From a virus (Duplodnaviria; Heunggongvirae; Uroviricota; Caudoviricetes), in IMG/VR virus record IMGVR_UViG_2713896773_000026: a stretch of 24,192 nt of DNA; one strand, written 5' to 3'. The notes below the pieces were generated by a model. The model was not told where the DNA came from and made no database searches. It worked only from the letters and a program-made list of their open reading frames with translations. A program made the position numbers and the translations under genes. Positions 1-8,433 of the stretch are shown in pieces (within the stretch, counting starts at the first letter, position 1; each line of letters starts with the position of its first letter).

Positions 1-1053
1 TTACGGGGTAATGCCAACCGCTGCCGCCACTTTGTCGCCACTTGGCAGCGTTGCCAGAGGATTGAAACGGAGCGCCGTTTCCAGATGATCCGGTGCCAGA
101 TGTGCGTAACGCATAGTCATTTTTATATCGTGGTGTCCGAGAATTTTTTGTAAGGCCAGAATATTTCCACCCGACATCATGAAGTGCGCCGCAAACGTAT
201 GGCGCAGAACGTGTGTGAGTTGACCGCGAGGGAGCACGATAGACGTTTTTTCCATCACGGATAAAAATTGAAAATAGCAGTCTGTGAAGAAATTGAACCC
301 ATCAAGCGCCATGATCTCTTCGTAAAGCTCTTTACTGATAGGGATGCTTCTGTTTTTCTTCCCCTTCGTTCTGACAAAGGTAATTCGGTATTTGGTCACC
401 TGTGAGCGGGTAAGATTTACGGCTTCACGCCAGCGTGCGCCTGTGCTTAAGCATATCTTAACTACCAGTGCCAGAATTGGGTCCTGACGTTTGCAATCAG
501 CCAGCAATTCAACAATCTGCTCATGGGTAAGCCATGCCATCTCTTTTTCTGCGATGGTGAATTTTCGCATGTTCTCCAGTGGATTCGGATACGACCATTC
601 GCCCAGACGGGATAGTTCGCTAAAAACACTACTTAGATAGCTTTGCTCCAGGTTAATGGTGACCGGGCTTGCTCCTTTCTTCCATTTCTCGCTGAAGTAG
701 ATCTCGCCTGTCAGGCGTTTATCTCGATAGTGGGCAAACATTTTAGAGGTGAGATCGGTTGCAAGAGGATTGCCCAGAGCGTCAACCATCAACAGCAATT
801 TGTCATAGACATGCTGCCCAGCTGTCAGAGATTTACCATGTAGTTTGAACCATAGCTCAACCACGTCTTTCAGTGTTCGACGATCCACTGATTCACCCAG
901 CCAGGGCTTTGCTTCGGTTTCTTCCATCGTGTGGCGCTCAAAAGCCAGTGCTTCGCCTTTGGTGGCGAATTGTTTACGCACACGACGCCCACTTCGTCCG
1001 GCGGGGTAACATTCACAAAGCCATTTCCCAGTGGTGAGTTTTCGTACTGCCAT
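1..1053 (-). CDS. int: Phage integrase (tyrosine recombinase, P2/186 Int family)
   Basis: C-terminal HxLRHTFA...Y catalytic region (HVLRHTFAAHF, MTMRYAHL). N-terminus MAVRKLTTGKW aligns with remembered P2 Int MAIKKLDDGRY; GGAGGG RBS upstream of the ATG at 1053. The longer ORF to 1209 is rejected. Confidence 0.9.
   Translation of the reverse strand: MAVRKLTTGKWLCECYPAGRSGRRVRKQFATKGEALAFERHTMEETEAKPWLGESVDRRTLKDVVELWFKLHGKSLTAGQHVYDKLLLMVDALGNPLATDLTSKMFAHYRDKRLTGEIYFSEKWKKGASPVTINLEQSYLSSVFSELSRLGEWSYPNPLENMRKFTIAEKEMAWLTHEQIVELLADCKRQDPILALVVKICLSTGARWREAVNLTRSQVTKYRITFVRTKGKKNRSIPISKELYEEIMALDGFNFFTDCYFQFLSVMEKTSIVLPRGQLTHVLRHTFAAHFMMSGGNILALQKILGHHDIKMTMRYAHLAPDHLETALRFNPLATLPSGDKVAAAVGITP
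19..40. repeat. attL: attL core (left copy of the 22-bp direct repeat cgctgccgccactttgtcgcca)
   Basis: 21/22 identical to 21338..21359; lies in the last codons of the integrase gene; flanks differ on both sides. Confidence 0.65.
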
Positions 1054-1241
1054 AAAAAATGCCCTCCAGTAGAGAGCATTTTTACTGTATGTATAACCAG
1101 TGTCAATGTATGAAATCCTACGACCATACATCTCACTGAAGCCATAATGAAGTTGGCTATTCTTTTTGCTATGTGAGCATGTAACTTTTGCGGTTAACCT
1201 GCGGCTCATTTTTATTTTAGACGCAGATATAAAAGCAAAAG

Positions 1242-1433
1242 TTATCGTGAGTTTTTAGTACAGATTTTTTTGGATTTACTAATAGTTCCATCATTGCAAA
1301 CAAATTTTCCATCGGAGGTACAGTGAGAGACCCCTCCCTTTTTCCCAGAACAAGGATAATTTTTAGCATAGGTAGTTAGTGGGCTTAATAACAAAGAGCA
1401 TGATAAAACCACAAAAAATACTTTACCAAGCAT
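1242..1433 (-). CDS. Small secreted Cys-rich protein (63 aa, signal peptide plus about 40-aa basic mature part with 4 Cys); moron in the cI-int operon
   Basis: Strong GGAGG RBS 5 nt upstream; hydrophobic N-terminus [23 protein letters not shown]; AT-rich relative to the flanking cI and int. Confidence 0.55.
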   Translation of the reverse strand: MLGKVFFVVLSCSLLLSPLTTYAKNYPCSGKKGGVSHCTSDGKFVCNDGTISKSKKICTKNSR

Positions 1434-1448
1434 AGTTTCCTCCCGGTA

Positions 1449-2024
1449 TTATCTAACATATTTAACTGTTAAACTTATAATTTTACCAATTATTTCAATG
1501 TCTTCTATCTTACATTCGAAGGCTCTGTTTCCACCCTCGACGAAGATTCTTCCACCGGGTAAACGAGTAATGTCACGGATCGTTACTTCGCCATCAATAC
1601 TTATTACCCATTTACCATCACGTATGTCATCAAATTCTTTATCACAAATAAATTCAGAATTGTTATCTGTGATGACAAAAGGTTTTTTAAACGTAGAGGG
1701 TAGAAATCTCTTATCAAAAATATAAAAACCGTCTTCACGCAAGGCACCATCAGATAATACATATTTAGCAACTTCCATAGTATTTGTATTACCTGAAGTT
1801 TGCTTTGAACCATGTCCGGTTGTGAGCCAATTAAGCGAGGTGCCCGTTTCAAGGGCGCACTGGATTACCCATTCTGCTGGGAATGAGTCACGCATGTAGC
1901 GTGTGGCGAGTGTACTTTTAGAGATTCCTAAATGATCGCACAACGCCTGTCGAGTCTTGAATCCATAAGCTTCTACCATGCGCTCTATGGCGCCTCGTCC
2001 GCCTTTCTCCAAATTCATGGTCAC
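1449..2024 (-). CDS. cI: CI-type immunity repressor (N-terminal HTH, C-terminal oligomerisation domain), 186 CI-like
   Basis: 191 aa; HTH-like segment QALCDHLGISKSTLATRYMRD; position between int and the divergent apl/cII operon. Confidence 0.8.
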   Translation of the reverse strand: MTMNLEKGGRGAIERMVEAYGFKTRQALCDHLGISKSTLATRYMRDSFPAEWVIQCALETGTSLNWLTTGHGSKQTSGNTNTMEVAKYVLSDGALREDGFYIFDKRFLPSTFKKPFVITDNNSEFICDKEFDDIRDGKWVISIDGEVTIRDITRLPGGRIFVEGGNRAFECKIEDIEIIGKIISLTVKYVR

Positions 2025-2041
2025 TCCAAGTGAACTTTTAT

Positions 2042-2070
2042 CTTGACGATTTCACTGTGCGATCGTATGT
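2042..2070 (+). promoter_or_regulatory. Candidate early lytic promoter pR (-35 TTGACG, 17-bp spacer, -10 TATGTT) reading into apl-cII
   Basis: Sigma70-like hexamers with 17-bp spacing in the cI/apl intergenic region; imperfect inverted repeats around it (GTGAAC ... GTTCAC) could be operators. Confidence 0.4.
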
Positions 2071-2143
2071 TTATGGTGTTCACAAAATACAAACGATCCG
2101 TATTCGTCCTGATTAATCATCATTAAACGAGGAATGTTGCATC

Positions 2144-2365
2144 ATGAGACCTAACATTTCAATCACTCTTACCACGCCTCATGTGACTATTGAACGCTAT
2201 AGCGAGCTGACAGGGCTATCCATCGATACCATCAATGACATGTTGGCTGATGGACGCCTTATCCGTCACCGTCTGCGCAAAGATAAAAAACGCGAAAAAG
2301 TGATGATCAACATAGCAGCAATGACCGTTGATGCGCTTTCAGAATGCAATCTAAACCTTAATTAG
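2144..2365 (+). CDS. apl: Apl/Cox-like excisionase and transcriptional regulator
   Basis: 73-aa basic protein, first gene of the rightward early operon divergent from cI, as in 186/P2. Confidence 0.65.
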   Translation: MRPNISITLTTPHVTIERYSELTGLSIDTINDMLADGRLIRHRLRKDKKREKVMINIAAMTVDALSECNLNLN

Positions 2366-2397
2366 TTCGATTCTGAAATACATCAGAGGCATTGACC

Positions 2398-2907
2398 ATG
2401 TTTGATTACCAAGTTTCCAAACATCCACATTTTGATGAAGCCTGTCGTGCATTTGCACTGCGCCACAATCTGGTGCAACTGGCAGAACGTGCAGGCATGA
2501 ATGTGCAGATTCTGCGGAACAAGCTGAACCCAGCTCAGCCTCATTTATTAACCGCACCAGAAATCTGGCTGCTTACCGATCTGACTGAAGATTCAACGCT
2601 GGTAGATGGTTTTCTGGCACAGATTCATTGTCTGCCATGTGTACCGATTAATGAGGTGGCAAAAGAGAAACTGCCACATTACGTCATGAGTGCAACCGCA
2701 GAGATCGGGCGTGTTGCTGCAGGTGCGGTGTCTGGCGATGTAAAAACCTGTGCCGGTCGTCGTGATGCTATCAGCAGCATTAACTCTGTAACACGACTGA
2801 TGGCGCTGGCTGCTGTTTCATTGCAGGCCCGTTTACAGGCTAATCCTGCGATGGCGAGTGCAGTTGATACCGTGACTGGCCTCAGTGCTTCATTCGGTTT
2901 GCTGTGA
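2398..2907 (+). CDS. cII: CII-like lysogeny establishment regulator
   Basis: 169 aa from the ATG at 2398 (AGAGG RBS); position after apl; length matches 186 CII. Confidence 0.65.
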   Translation: MFDYQVSKHPHFDEACRAFALRHNLVQLAERAGMNVQILRNKLNPAQPHLLTAPEIWLLTDLTEDSTLVDGFLAQIHCLPCVPINEVAKEKLPHYVMSATAEIGRVAAGAVSGDVKTCAGRRDAISSINSVTRLMALAAVSLQARLQANPAMASAVDTVTGLSASFGLL

Positions 2908-2914
2908 GGTGCTT

Positions 2915-3211
2915 ATGCTGACGAAAGAACCATCATTTGCATCGCTGCTGGTAAAACAAAGCCCGGCAATGCACTACGGTCACGGCTGGATCACGGGTGA
3001 GGATGGAAAACGCTGGCATCCATGTCATTCACAAGATGAATTGCTGTCTGAATTGACCACGAGGAAACGGAGAAAGTCCAAATGTATGCGGCAGAAAGTG
3101 AAGTGGTTTATCAGTTTCGTTACAGAGGGGAGAGTTATTCAGTACCTGAAGATGATTTGCTCTGTTGCTATCCGTCATTGTCGGGCGATGGCAGTTACTT
3201 TTTCACGTTAA
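2915..3211 (+). CDS. Hypothetical early protein (98 aa); overlaps the next ORF in another frame
   Basis: ATG at 2915 with GAGG RBS right after the cII stop; the frame stays open to 3211. Confidence 0.35.
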   Translation: MLTKEPSFASLLVKQSPAMHYGHGWITGEDGKRWHPCHSQDELLSELTTRKRRKSKCMRQKVKWFISFVTEGRVIQYLKMICSVAIRHCRAMAVTFSR

Positions 3212-3306
3212 AGGATGGGACGTTTTTACGGGGAGAGCAGTTTAAAGAGACGATACGAAAAAATGTATCTCCTCTTGAGCGTTACCGTAAGAACAAAGAA
3301 CGATAG
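3082..3306 (+). CDS. Hypothetical early protein (74 aa)
   Basis: ATG with GGAGA RBS; protein-like composition (MYAAESEVVYQFRYRGESYSVPEDD...). Confidence 0.5.
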   Translation: MYAAESEVVYQFRYRGESYSVPEDDLLCCYPSLSGDGSYFFTLKDGTFLRGEQFKETIRKNVSPLERYRKNKER

Positions 3307-3328
3307 CTGCGTTTGGGGGATATGAAGT

Positions 3329-3670
3329 ATGGCAATTAATGGCGCTGCAGCAACTGTTCCATTAAGCCCCGGTGAACGCCTGAATGGACTTAATCACATT
3401 GCGGAGTTAAGGGCGAAAGTTTTTGGCCTGAATATTGAGTCAGAGCTTGAGCGGTTTATTAAAGATATGCGTGATCCACGGGATATCAATAATGAACAAA
3501 ATAAACGGGCACTGGCTGCCATATTCTTTATGGCAAAAATTCCAGCTGAACGTCATAGCATCAGCATTAATGAGCTGACCACTGACGAAAAGCGGGAGCT
3601 GATTAAAGCAATGAATCATTTTCGTGCAGTGGTGAGCTTATTTCCCAGACGGCTAACCATGCCGAATTAA
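3329..3670 (+). CDS. Hypothetical phage early protein (113 aa)
   Basis: ATG preceded by GGGGGA; compact operon context. Confidence 0.6.
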   Translation: MAINGAAATVPLSPGERLNGLNHIAELRAKVFGLNIESELERFIKDMRDPRDINNEQNKRALAAIFFMAKIPAERHSISINELTTDEKRELIKAMNHFRAVVSLFPRRLTMPN

Positions 3671-3737
3671 CCAACTAATGAAATTAATGGCGTAAACCCG
3701 CCGGGCATCCCTTTATCTAAATTCAGGAGAATTGATT

Positions 3738-3971
3738 ATGCGTAATATTGAAACCTTCACGACTAAAACCGGACCGGATGACGCAGGGCTTAATATTTTA
3801 CTGACAGAGGCTCGTCTGGAAGAACGCCGGGCAAGGGCTGAAGCAATGGCTGCTCGCCTTGATAGCCTGGCGTGTCATATCTCATCCCGCCAGCTAAACC
3901 ACGTGGAAGCGGCAGAACTGCTGCGCGTGACTGCTGAAGCAATCCAGAACGAAGCGCAGGAGATCCACTAA
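3738..3971 (+). CDS. Small phage protein (77 aa), DUF2732-like
   Basis: AGGAGA RBS 6 nt upstream of the ATG at 3738; its stop overlaps the next start (TAATG). Confidence 0.55.
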   Translation: MRNIETFTTKTGPDDAGLNILLTEARLEERRARAEAMAARLDSLACHISSRQLNHVEAAELLRVTAEAIQNEAQEIH

Positions 3972-4198
3972 TGGCTGATGCAATGGATCTCGTACAGCAG
4001 CGCGTTGAAGAAGAACGCCAGCGCCATATCCGTGCAGCCCGTGCCAAATCACCGGGCGTGTCACGCGTACTTTGCATTGAATGTGAAGCGCCAATTCCGC
4101 CAGCACGACGCCGCGCCATTCCGGGAGTGCAGCTTTGCATTACCTGTCAGGAAATCGCAGAACTGAAAGGCAAACATTACAACGGAGGTGCTGTATGA
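3971..4198 (+). CDS. TraR/DksA-family C4 zinc-finger protein
   Basis: CxxC-X17-CxxC (CIECEAPIPPARRRAIPGVQLCITC); 75 aa; typical of P2-like early regions. Confidence 0.8.
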   Translation: MADAMDLVQQRVEEERQRHIRAARAKSPGVSRVLCIECEAPIPPARRRAIPGVQLCITCQEIAELKGKHYNGGAV

Positions 4199-5052
4199 GC
4201 ACCATCCTGAAATGGGCGGGAAATAAAACCGCCATTATGCCAGAACTGAAAAAATACCTTCCTGCTGGCCCGCGACTGGTTGAACCTTTCGCGGGTTCCT
4301 GTGCTGTGATGATGGAAACGGATTATCCCAGCTATCTGGTTGCGGATATTAATCCTGATTTAATCAACCTCTATAAAAAGGTTGCCGCTGATTGTGAATC
4401 GTTTATATCTCGCGCCAGAGTTTTATTTGAGATCGCAAACAGGGAGGTGGCTTATTACAACATAAGGCAGGAGTTTAACTGCTCAACTGAAATTACTGAT
4501 TTCATGAAAGCGGTATATTTCCTGTATCTCAATCGTCACGGTTACCGTGGTTTATGTCGCTATAACAAGAGCGGGCATTTCAACATTCCCTACGGTAATT
4601 ATAAAAATCCGTATTTCCCTGAAAAAGAACTTCGCACATTTGCAGAAAAAGCCCAGCGAGCAACGTTTATCTGCGCCAGCTTTGATGAAACGCTGGCGAT
4701 GTTGAAGGCGGGAGATGTGGTGTATTGCGATCCGCCATATGACGGTACGTTTTCCGGCTATCACACTGATGGTTTCACTGAAGATGACCAGTATCACCTG
4801 GCATCCGTTCTTGAACATCGGTCATCAGAAGGACATCCGGTCATTGTTTCTAACAGTGACACATCCCTGATCCGTTCGCTGTATCGCAATTTTACTCACC
4901 ACTATATCAAGGTAAAACGCAGCATCGGTGTGGCAGCTGGCGAGGGTAAATCAGCAACAGAAATCATTGCTGTTTCCGGGCCGCGCTGCTGGATGGGATT
5001 TGATTATTCGCGTGGCGTGGATAGTTCTGCCGTGTACGGAGTACGTGCATGA
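4195..5052 (+). CDS. dam: DNA adenine methyltransferase (Dam-like, orphan MTase)
   Basis: N-terminal AdoMet motif LKWAGNK...EPFAGSCAV and catalytic DPPY motif ([10 protein letters not shown]); ATGA overlap with the upstream stop. Confidence 0.9.
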   Translation: MSTILKWAGNKTAIMPELKKYLPAGPRLVEPFAGSCAVMMETDYPSYLVADINPDLINLYKKVAADCESFISRARVLFEIANREVAYYNIRQEFNCSTEITDFMKAVYFLYLNRHGYRGLCRYNKSGHFNIPYGNYKNPYFPEKELRTFAEKAQRATFICASFDETLAMLKAGDVVYCDPPYDGTFSGYHTDGFTEDDQYHLASVLEHRSSEGHPVIVSNSDTSLIRSLYRNFTHHYIKVKRSIGVAAGEGKSATEIIAVSGPRCWMGFDYSRGVDSSAVYGVRA

Positions 5053-7463
5053 GTCATGCCGATATGAACAACTGCTGCGGCTTTAACGAGGCTGCCGCAG
5101 CATTCTCATGGAACAGCCCGAAAAAGGCCATTAACCCTTATCTGGACCCGGCGGAAGTTGCGCCGGTTTCTACGCTTTCAAACCTGATCACTCTGTACGC
5201 TGCCGATAACGAGCAGGAACAGTTGCGCCGCGAGGCACTGAGTGATCAGGTCTGGGAGCGTTATTTCTTTAATGAATCACGTGATCCTGTCCAGCGCGAA
5301 ATGGAGCAGGATAAGCTCATTAGCCGGGCAAAGCTGGCGCATGAGCAGCAGCGTTTTAATTCAGACATGGTCATTCTGGCGGACGTCAACGCCCAGCCTT
5401 CCCATATCAGCAAGCCGCTGATGCAACGTATTGAATACTTCAGCAGCCTGGGCAGGCCAAAGGCTTATTCCCGCTATTTACGTGAGACGATTAAGCCATG
5501 TCTGGAACGACTGGAGCATGTACGCGACAGTCAGCTATCTGCATCTTTTCGCTTTATGGCAAGCCATGAAGGGCTGGACGGCCTGCTGATCCTGCCTGAA
5601 ATGAGTCAGGATCAGGTGAAACGCCTGTCCACCCTGGTAGCTGCGCATATGAGTATGTGCCTTGATGCAGCTTGTGGTGATTTGTATGCCACCGATGACG
5701 TTAAGCCAGAAGAAATCCGCAAGACATGGGAAAAGGTGGCAGCGGAAACCCTGCGTCTGGATGTCATCCCACCTGCGTTTGAGCAACTCCGTCGGAAAAG
5801 AAACCGCCGTAAACCCGTGCCCTATGAACTCATTCCGGGTTCGCTGGCGCGTATGTTGTGCGCCGACTGGTGGTATCGGAAATTATGGAAGATGCGTTGC
5901 GAATGGCGGGAAGAGCAGTTGCGCGCAGTTTGCCTGGTCAGCAAAAAAGCATCTCCTTATGTCAGCTATGAAGCCGTGATGCATAAACGTGAGCAGCGCC
6001 GTAAGTCGCTGGAGTTTTTCCGTTCTCATGAACTGGTGAACGAAGACGGCGACACGCTGGACATGGAGGATGTGGTAAACGCCAGCAGCAGCAACCCTGC
6101 GCATCGCCGCAATGAGATGATGGCCTGTGTTAAAGGTCTGGAGCTTATCGCGGAAATGCGCGGTGACTGCGCCGTTTTCTACACTATCACCTGTCCGTCG
6201 CGTTTCCATTCCACGCTAAATAACGGCAGACCAAACCCGACCTGGACAAACGCGACGGTAAGACAAAGCAGCGATTATCTGGTCGGCATGTTTGCTGCAT
6301 TTCGTAAGGCGATGCACAAAGCCGGGTTGCGCTGGTATGGCGTGCGGGTGGCTGAGCCGCATCATGATGGCACAGTTCACTGGCACCTGTTGTGTTTCAT
6401 GCGCAAAAAAGACCGCCGTGCCATCACTGCATTACTGCGTAAGTTTGCCATCCGTGAAGACCGCGAGGAGCTGGGCAATAACACTGGGCCGCGCTTTAAG
6501 TCTGAGTTGATTAACCCGCGCAAAGGAACGCCGACAAGCTACATCGCGAAATATATCAGTAAGAACATTGACGGTCGTGGTCTGGCTGGCGAGATCAGCA
6601 AGGAAACGGGTAAATCTCTGCGTGATAACGCTGAATACGTGAATGCCTGGGCGTCTCTGCATCGTGTTCAGCAATTCCGCTTCTTTGGTATTCCGGGGCG
6701 TCAGGCTTACCGTGAACTTCGCTTGCTGGCTGGTCAGGCGGCAAGGCAACAGGGTGACAAAAAAGCAGGTGCGCCGGTACTGGATAACCCGCGTCTTGAT
6801 GCCATTCTGGCTGCTGCTGATGCTGGTTGTTTTGCCACCTACATCATGAAGCAGGGCGGCGTACTGGTTCCCCGTAAATATCACCTCATCAGAACCGCTT
6901 ATGAAATTAACGAAGAGCCGACCGCCTATGGCGATCACGGCATTCGTATTTATGGCATCTGGTCACCCATTGCAGAGGGCAAGATCTGCACTCATGCAGT
7001 GAAGTGGAAAATGGTTCGTAAAGCCGTTGACGTTCAGGAGGCGGCAGCCGACCAGGGCGCTTGCGCCCCTTGGACTCGTGGCAATAACTGTCCCCTTGCT
7101 GAAAATTTGTACCAACAAGGGAAAGACAAATCAGCTGATGGGGATACCAGAACGGATATCACCCGTATGGATGACAAGGAGTTGCACGATTACCTGTACA
7201 GTATGAACAAAAAAGAACGCCGGGAACTGGCTGCAAGGTTACGCCTGGTGAAACCGAAACGGCGTAGAGACTACAAACAGCGAATTACAGACCATCAACG
7301 ACAGCAGCTCGTCTATGAACTGAAGTCCAGAGGATTTGATGGCAGCGAGAAAGAGGTCGATTTACTCCTTCGCGGCGGCAGCATTCCATCAGGAGCAGGC
7401 CTGCGTATTTTCTATCGGAACCAGCGTTTGCAGGAAGATGATAAGTGGCGGAACCTGTATTAA
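5049..7463 (+). CDS. repA: Replication initiation endonuclease (P2 gpA / 186 RepA family, rolling-circle HUH)
   Basis: 804 aa; HUH motif [13 protein letters not shown] and tyrosine motif [10 protein letters not shown]; ATGA overlap with dam. Confidence 0.9.
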   Translation: MSHADMNNCCGFNEAAAAFSWNSPKKAINPYLDPAEVAPVSTLSNLITLYAADNEQEQLRREALSDQVWERYFFNESRDPVQREMEQDKLISRAKLAHEQQRFNSDMVILADVNAQPSHISKPLMQRIEYFSSLGRPKAYSRYLRETIKPCLERLEHVRDSQLSASFRFMASHEGLDGLLILPEMSQDQVKRLSTLVAAHMSMCLDAACGDLYATDDVKPEEIRKTWEKVAAETLRLDVIPPAFEQLRRKRNRRKPVPYELIPGSLARMLCADWWYRKLWKMRCEWREEQLRAVCLVSKKASPYVSYEAVMHKREQRRKSLEFFRSHELVNEDGDTLDMEDVVNASSSNPAHRRNEMMACVKGLELIAEMRGDCAVFYTITCPSRFHSTLNNGRPNPTWTNATVRQSSDYLVGMFAAFRKAMHKAGLRWYGVRVAEPHHDGTVHWHLLCFMRKKDRRAITALLRKFAIREDREELGNNTGPRFKSELINPRKGTPTSYIAKYISKNIDGRGLAGEISKETGKSLRDNAEYVNAWASLHRVQQFRFFGIPGRQAYRELRLLAGQAARQQGDKKAGAPVLDNPRLDAILAAADAGCFATYIMKQGGVLVPRKYHLIRTAYEINEEPTAYGDHGIRIYGIWSPIAEGKICTHAVKWKMVRKAVDVQEAAADQGACAPWTRGNNCPLAENLYQQGKDKSADGDTRTDITRMDDKELHDYLYSMNKKERRELAARLRLVKPKRRRDYKQRITDHQRQQLVYELKSRGFDGSEKEVDLLLRGGSIPSGAGLRIFYRNQRLQEDDKWRNLY

Positions 7464-7555
7464 TTACGCGGATTAACAATTCGTGCTCTTAATAATACCA
7501 GGCATATCAGGCTGATGAACGTAAAAAAACGTTTTACATCAGTAAGATTATTATA

Positions 7556-7575
7556 TACTGTAAATATAAACAGTG
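7556..7575. promoter_or_regulatory. LexA (SOS) box TACTGTAAATATAAACAGTG overlapping a candidate -10 (TATACT) upstream of the tum-like gene
   Basis: CTGT-N8-ACAG with an AT-rich centre matches the LexA consensus taCTGTatatatatACAGta. Confidence 0.6.
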
Positions 7576-7616
7576 GTTATGTATACAGTATTGCTTGTGG
7601 TGTCATAGGAGGAAAG

Positions 7617-7805
7617 ATGCAGGACTATTTTTTGGAGTCTTTGAAGCTCCAACGCATTGATTTTTTTCTTAAGCTTGTAGCGGCTGGTGAGTGTAGTGAT
7701 GAAGAGAAGGGGCTGGCCCTGCAGTGGGTTTCTGAACTGACAGATGAACTCATGGCAAAAATCAGAAGCCACGAATACAACCGCTCAATGGATGTCATCA
7801 GCTGA
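7617..7805 (+). CDS. Small SOS-controlled protein (62 aa), possible Tum-like antirepressor module
   Basis: AGGAGG RBS 4 nt upstream of the ATG at 7617; immediately downstream of the LexA box; position equivalent to 186 tum. Confidence 0.5.
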   Translation: MQDYFLESLKLQRIDFFLKLVAAGECSDEEKGLALQWVSELTDELMAKIRSHEYNRSMDVIS

Positions 7806-7815
7806 GGGGACTTTT

Positions 7816-8049
7816 ATGCGCATTGAAATAATGATCGATAAAGAGCAGAAGATTAGCCAGTCTACCCTGGACGCCCTTGAATCAGAGCTTTACCGCAATC
7901 TGCGCCCCCTGTATCCCAAAACGGTAATTCGTATCCGTAAAGGTAGCTCTAACGGTGTGGAACTGACCGGACTGCAACTGGACGAAGAAAGGAAACAAGT
8001 GATGAAAATTATGCAGAAGGTGTGGGAAGACGACAGCTGGCTGCATTAA
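7816..8049 (+). CDS. DinI-family protein (77 aa)
   Basis: MRIEIMIDKEQKIS...VWEDDSWLH resembles E. coli DinI (MRIEVTIAK...TWESADDWF); GAGGGGA RBS. Confidence 0.75.
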   Translation: MRIEIMIDKEQKISQSTLDALESELYRNLRPLYPKTVIRIRKGSSNGVELTGLQLDEERKQVMKIMQKVWEDDSWLH

Positions 8050-8433
8050 GAAACGTTGCTGGCGTCTGAACTTGTTTCTGGCGTCAGCAAGGTTGAACAA
8101 CGAGCTATGCGAGGCGTTAGCCATCTGATCAAAAGACATCAAATATCATATTGTATATCGTGGTCAAACGCTGGAAACAATCATTCCCGATCAGAGGGGC
8201 TTCTTTCAATGTCCAAAAGAGTGAGATAGAGGATACAGGATGGGAAGAGCTTTTGATTAATTATCGTCCAAGTTTTTCAAAAGCTTCTTATCTGGCGGTC
8301 GATACATGATTTACTGTTGGATATGGTATTTAAAATTAATCTTTACACTGTGGTATATGCAGAATAGGATATTATCAATACAATCAAACTGTTTTCATAC
8401 GGTTATTAATATTGCAATGTTATAGGTAATGTC

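Noticed and set aside
19-40. att core as the 3' end of a tRNA or tmRNA gene
   Set aside because: No tRNA-like T-arm or acceptor-stem pattern next to the core on either strand; the core lies within the int coding sequence.
1054-1209. N-terminal extension of the integrase ORF (402-aa version starting at 1209)
   Set aside because: Alignment to the P2 Int N-terminus and a strong RBS support the internal ATG at 1053; the extension has no homology support.
4552-4818. Minus-strand 88-aa ORF inside dam, and the various ORFs antisense to repA (5535..5786, 5883..6209, 6432..6938)
   Set aside because: Embedded in well-supported CDSs on the opposite strand; no start-site support.
7515-7616. Upstream extension of the tum-like ORF (start at 7515)
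   Set aside because: It would read through the LexA box and promoter; the ATG at 7617 has a consensus AGGAGG RBS.
8056-8091. Hairpin after dinI as a rho-independent terminator
   Set aside because: Imperfect stem (mismatches) and no downstream T-run; not strong enough to call.
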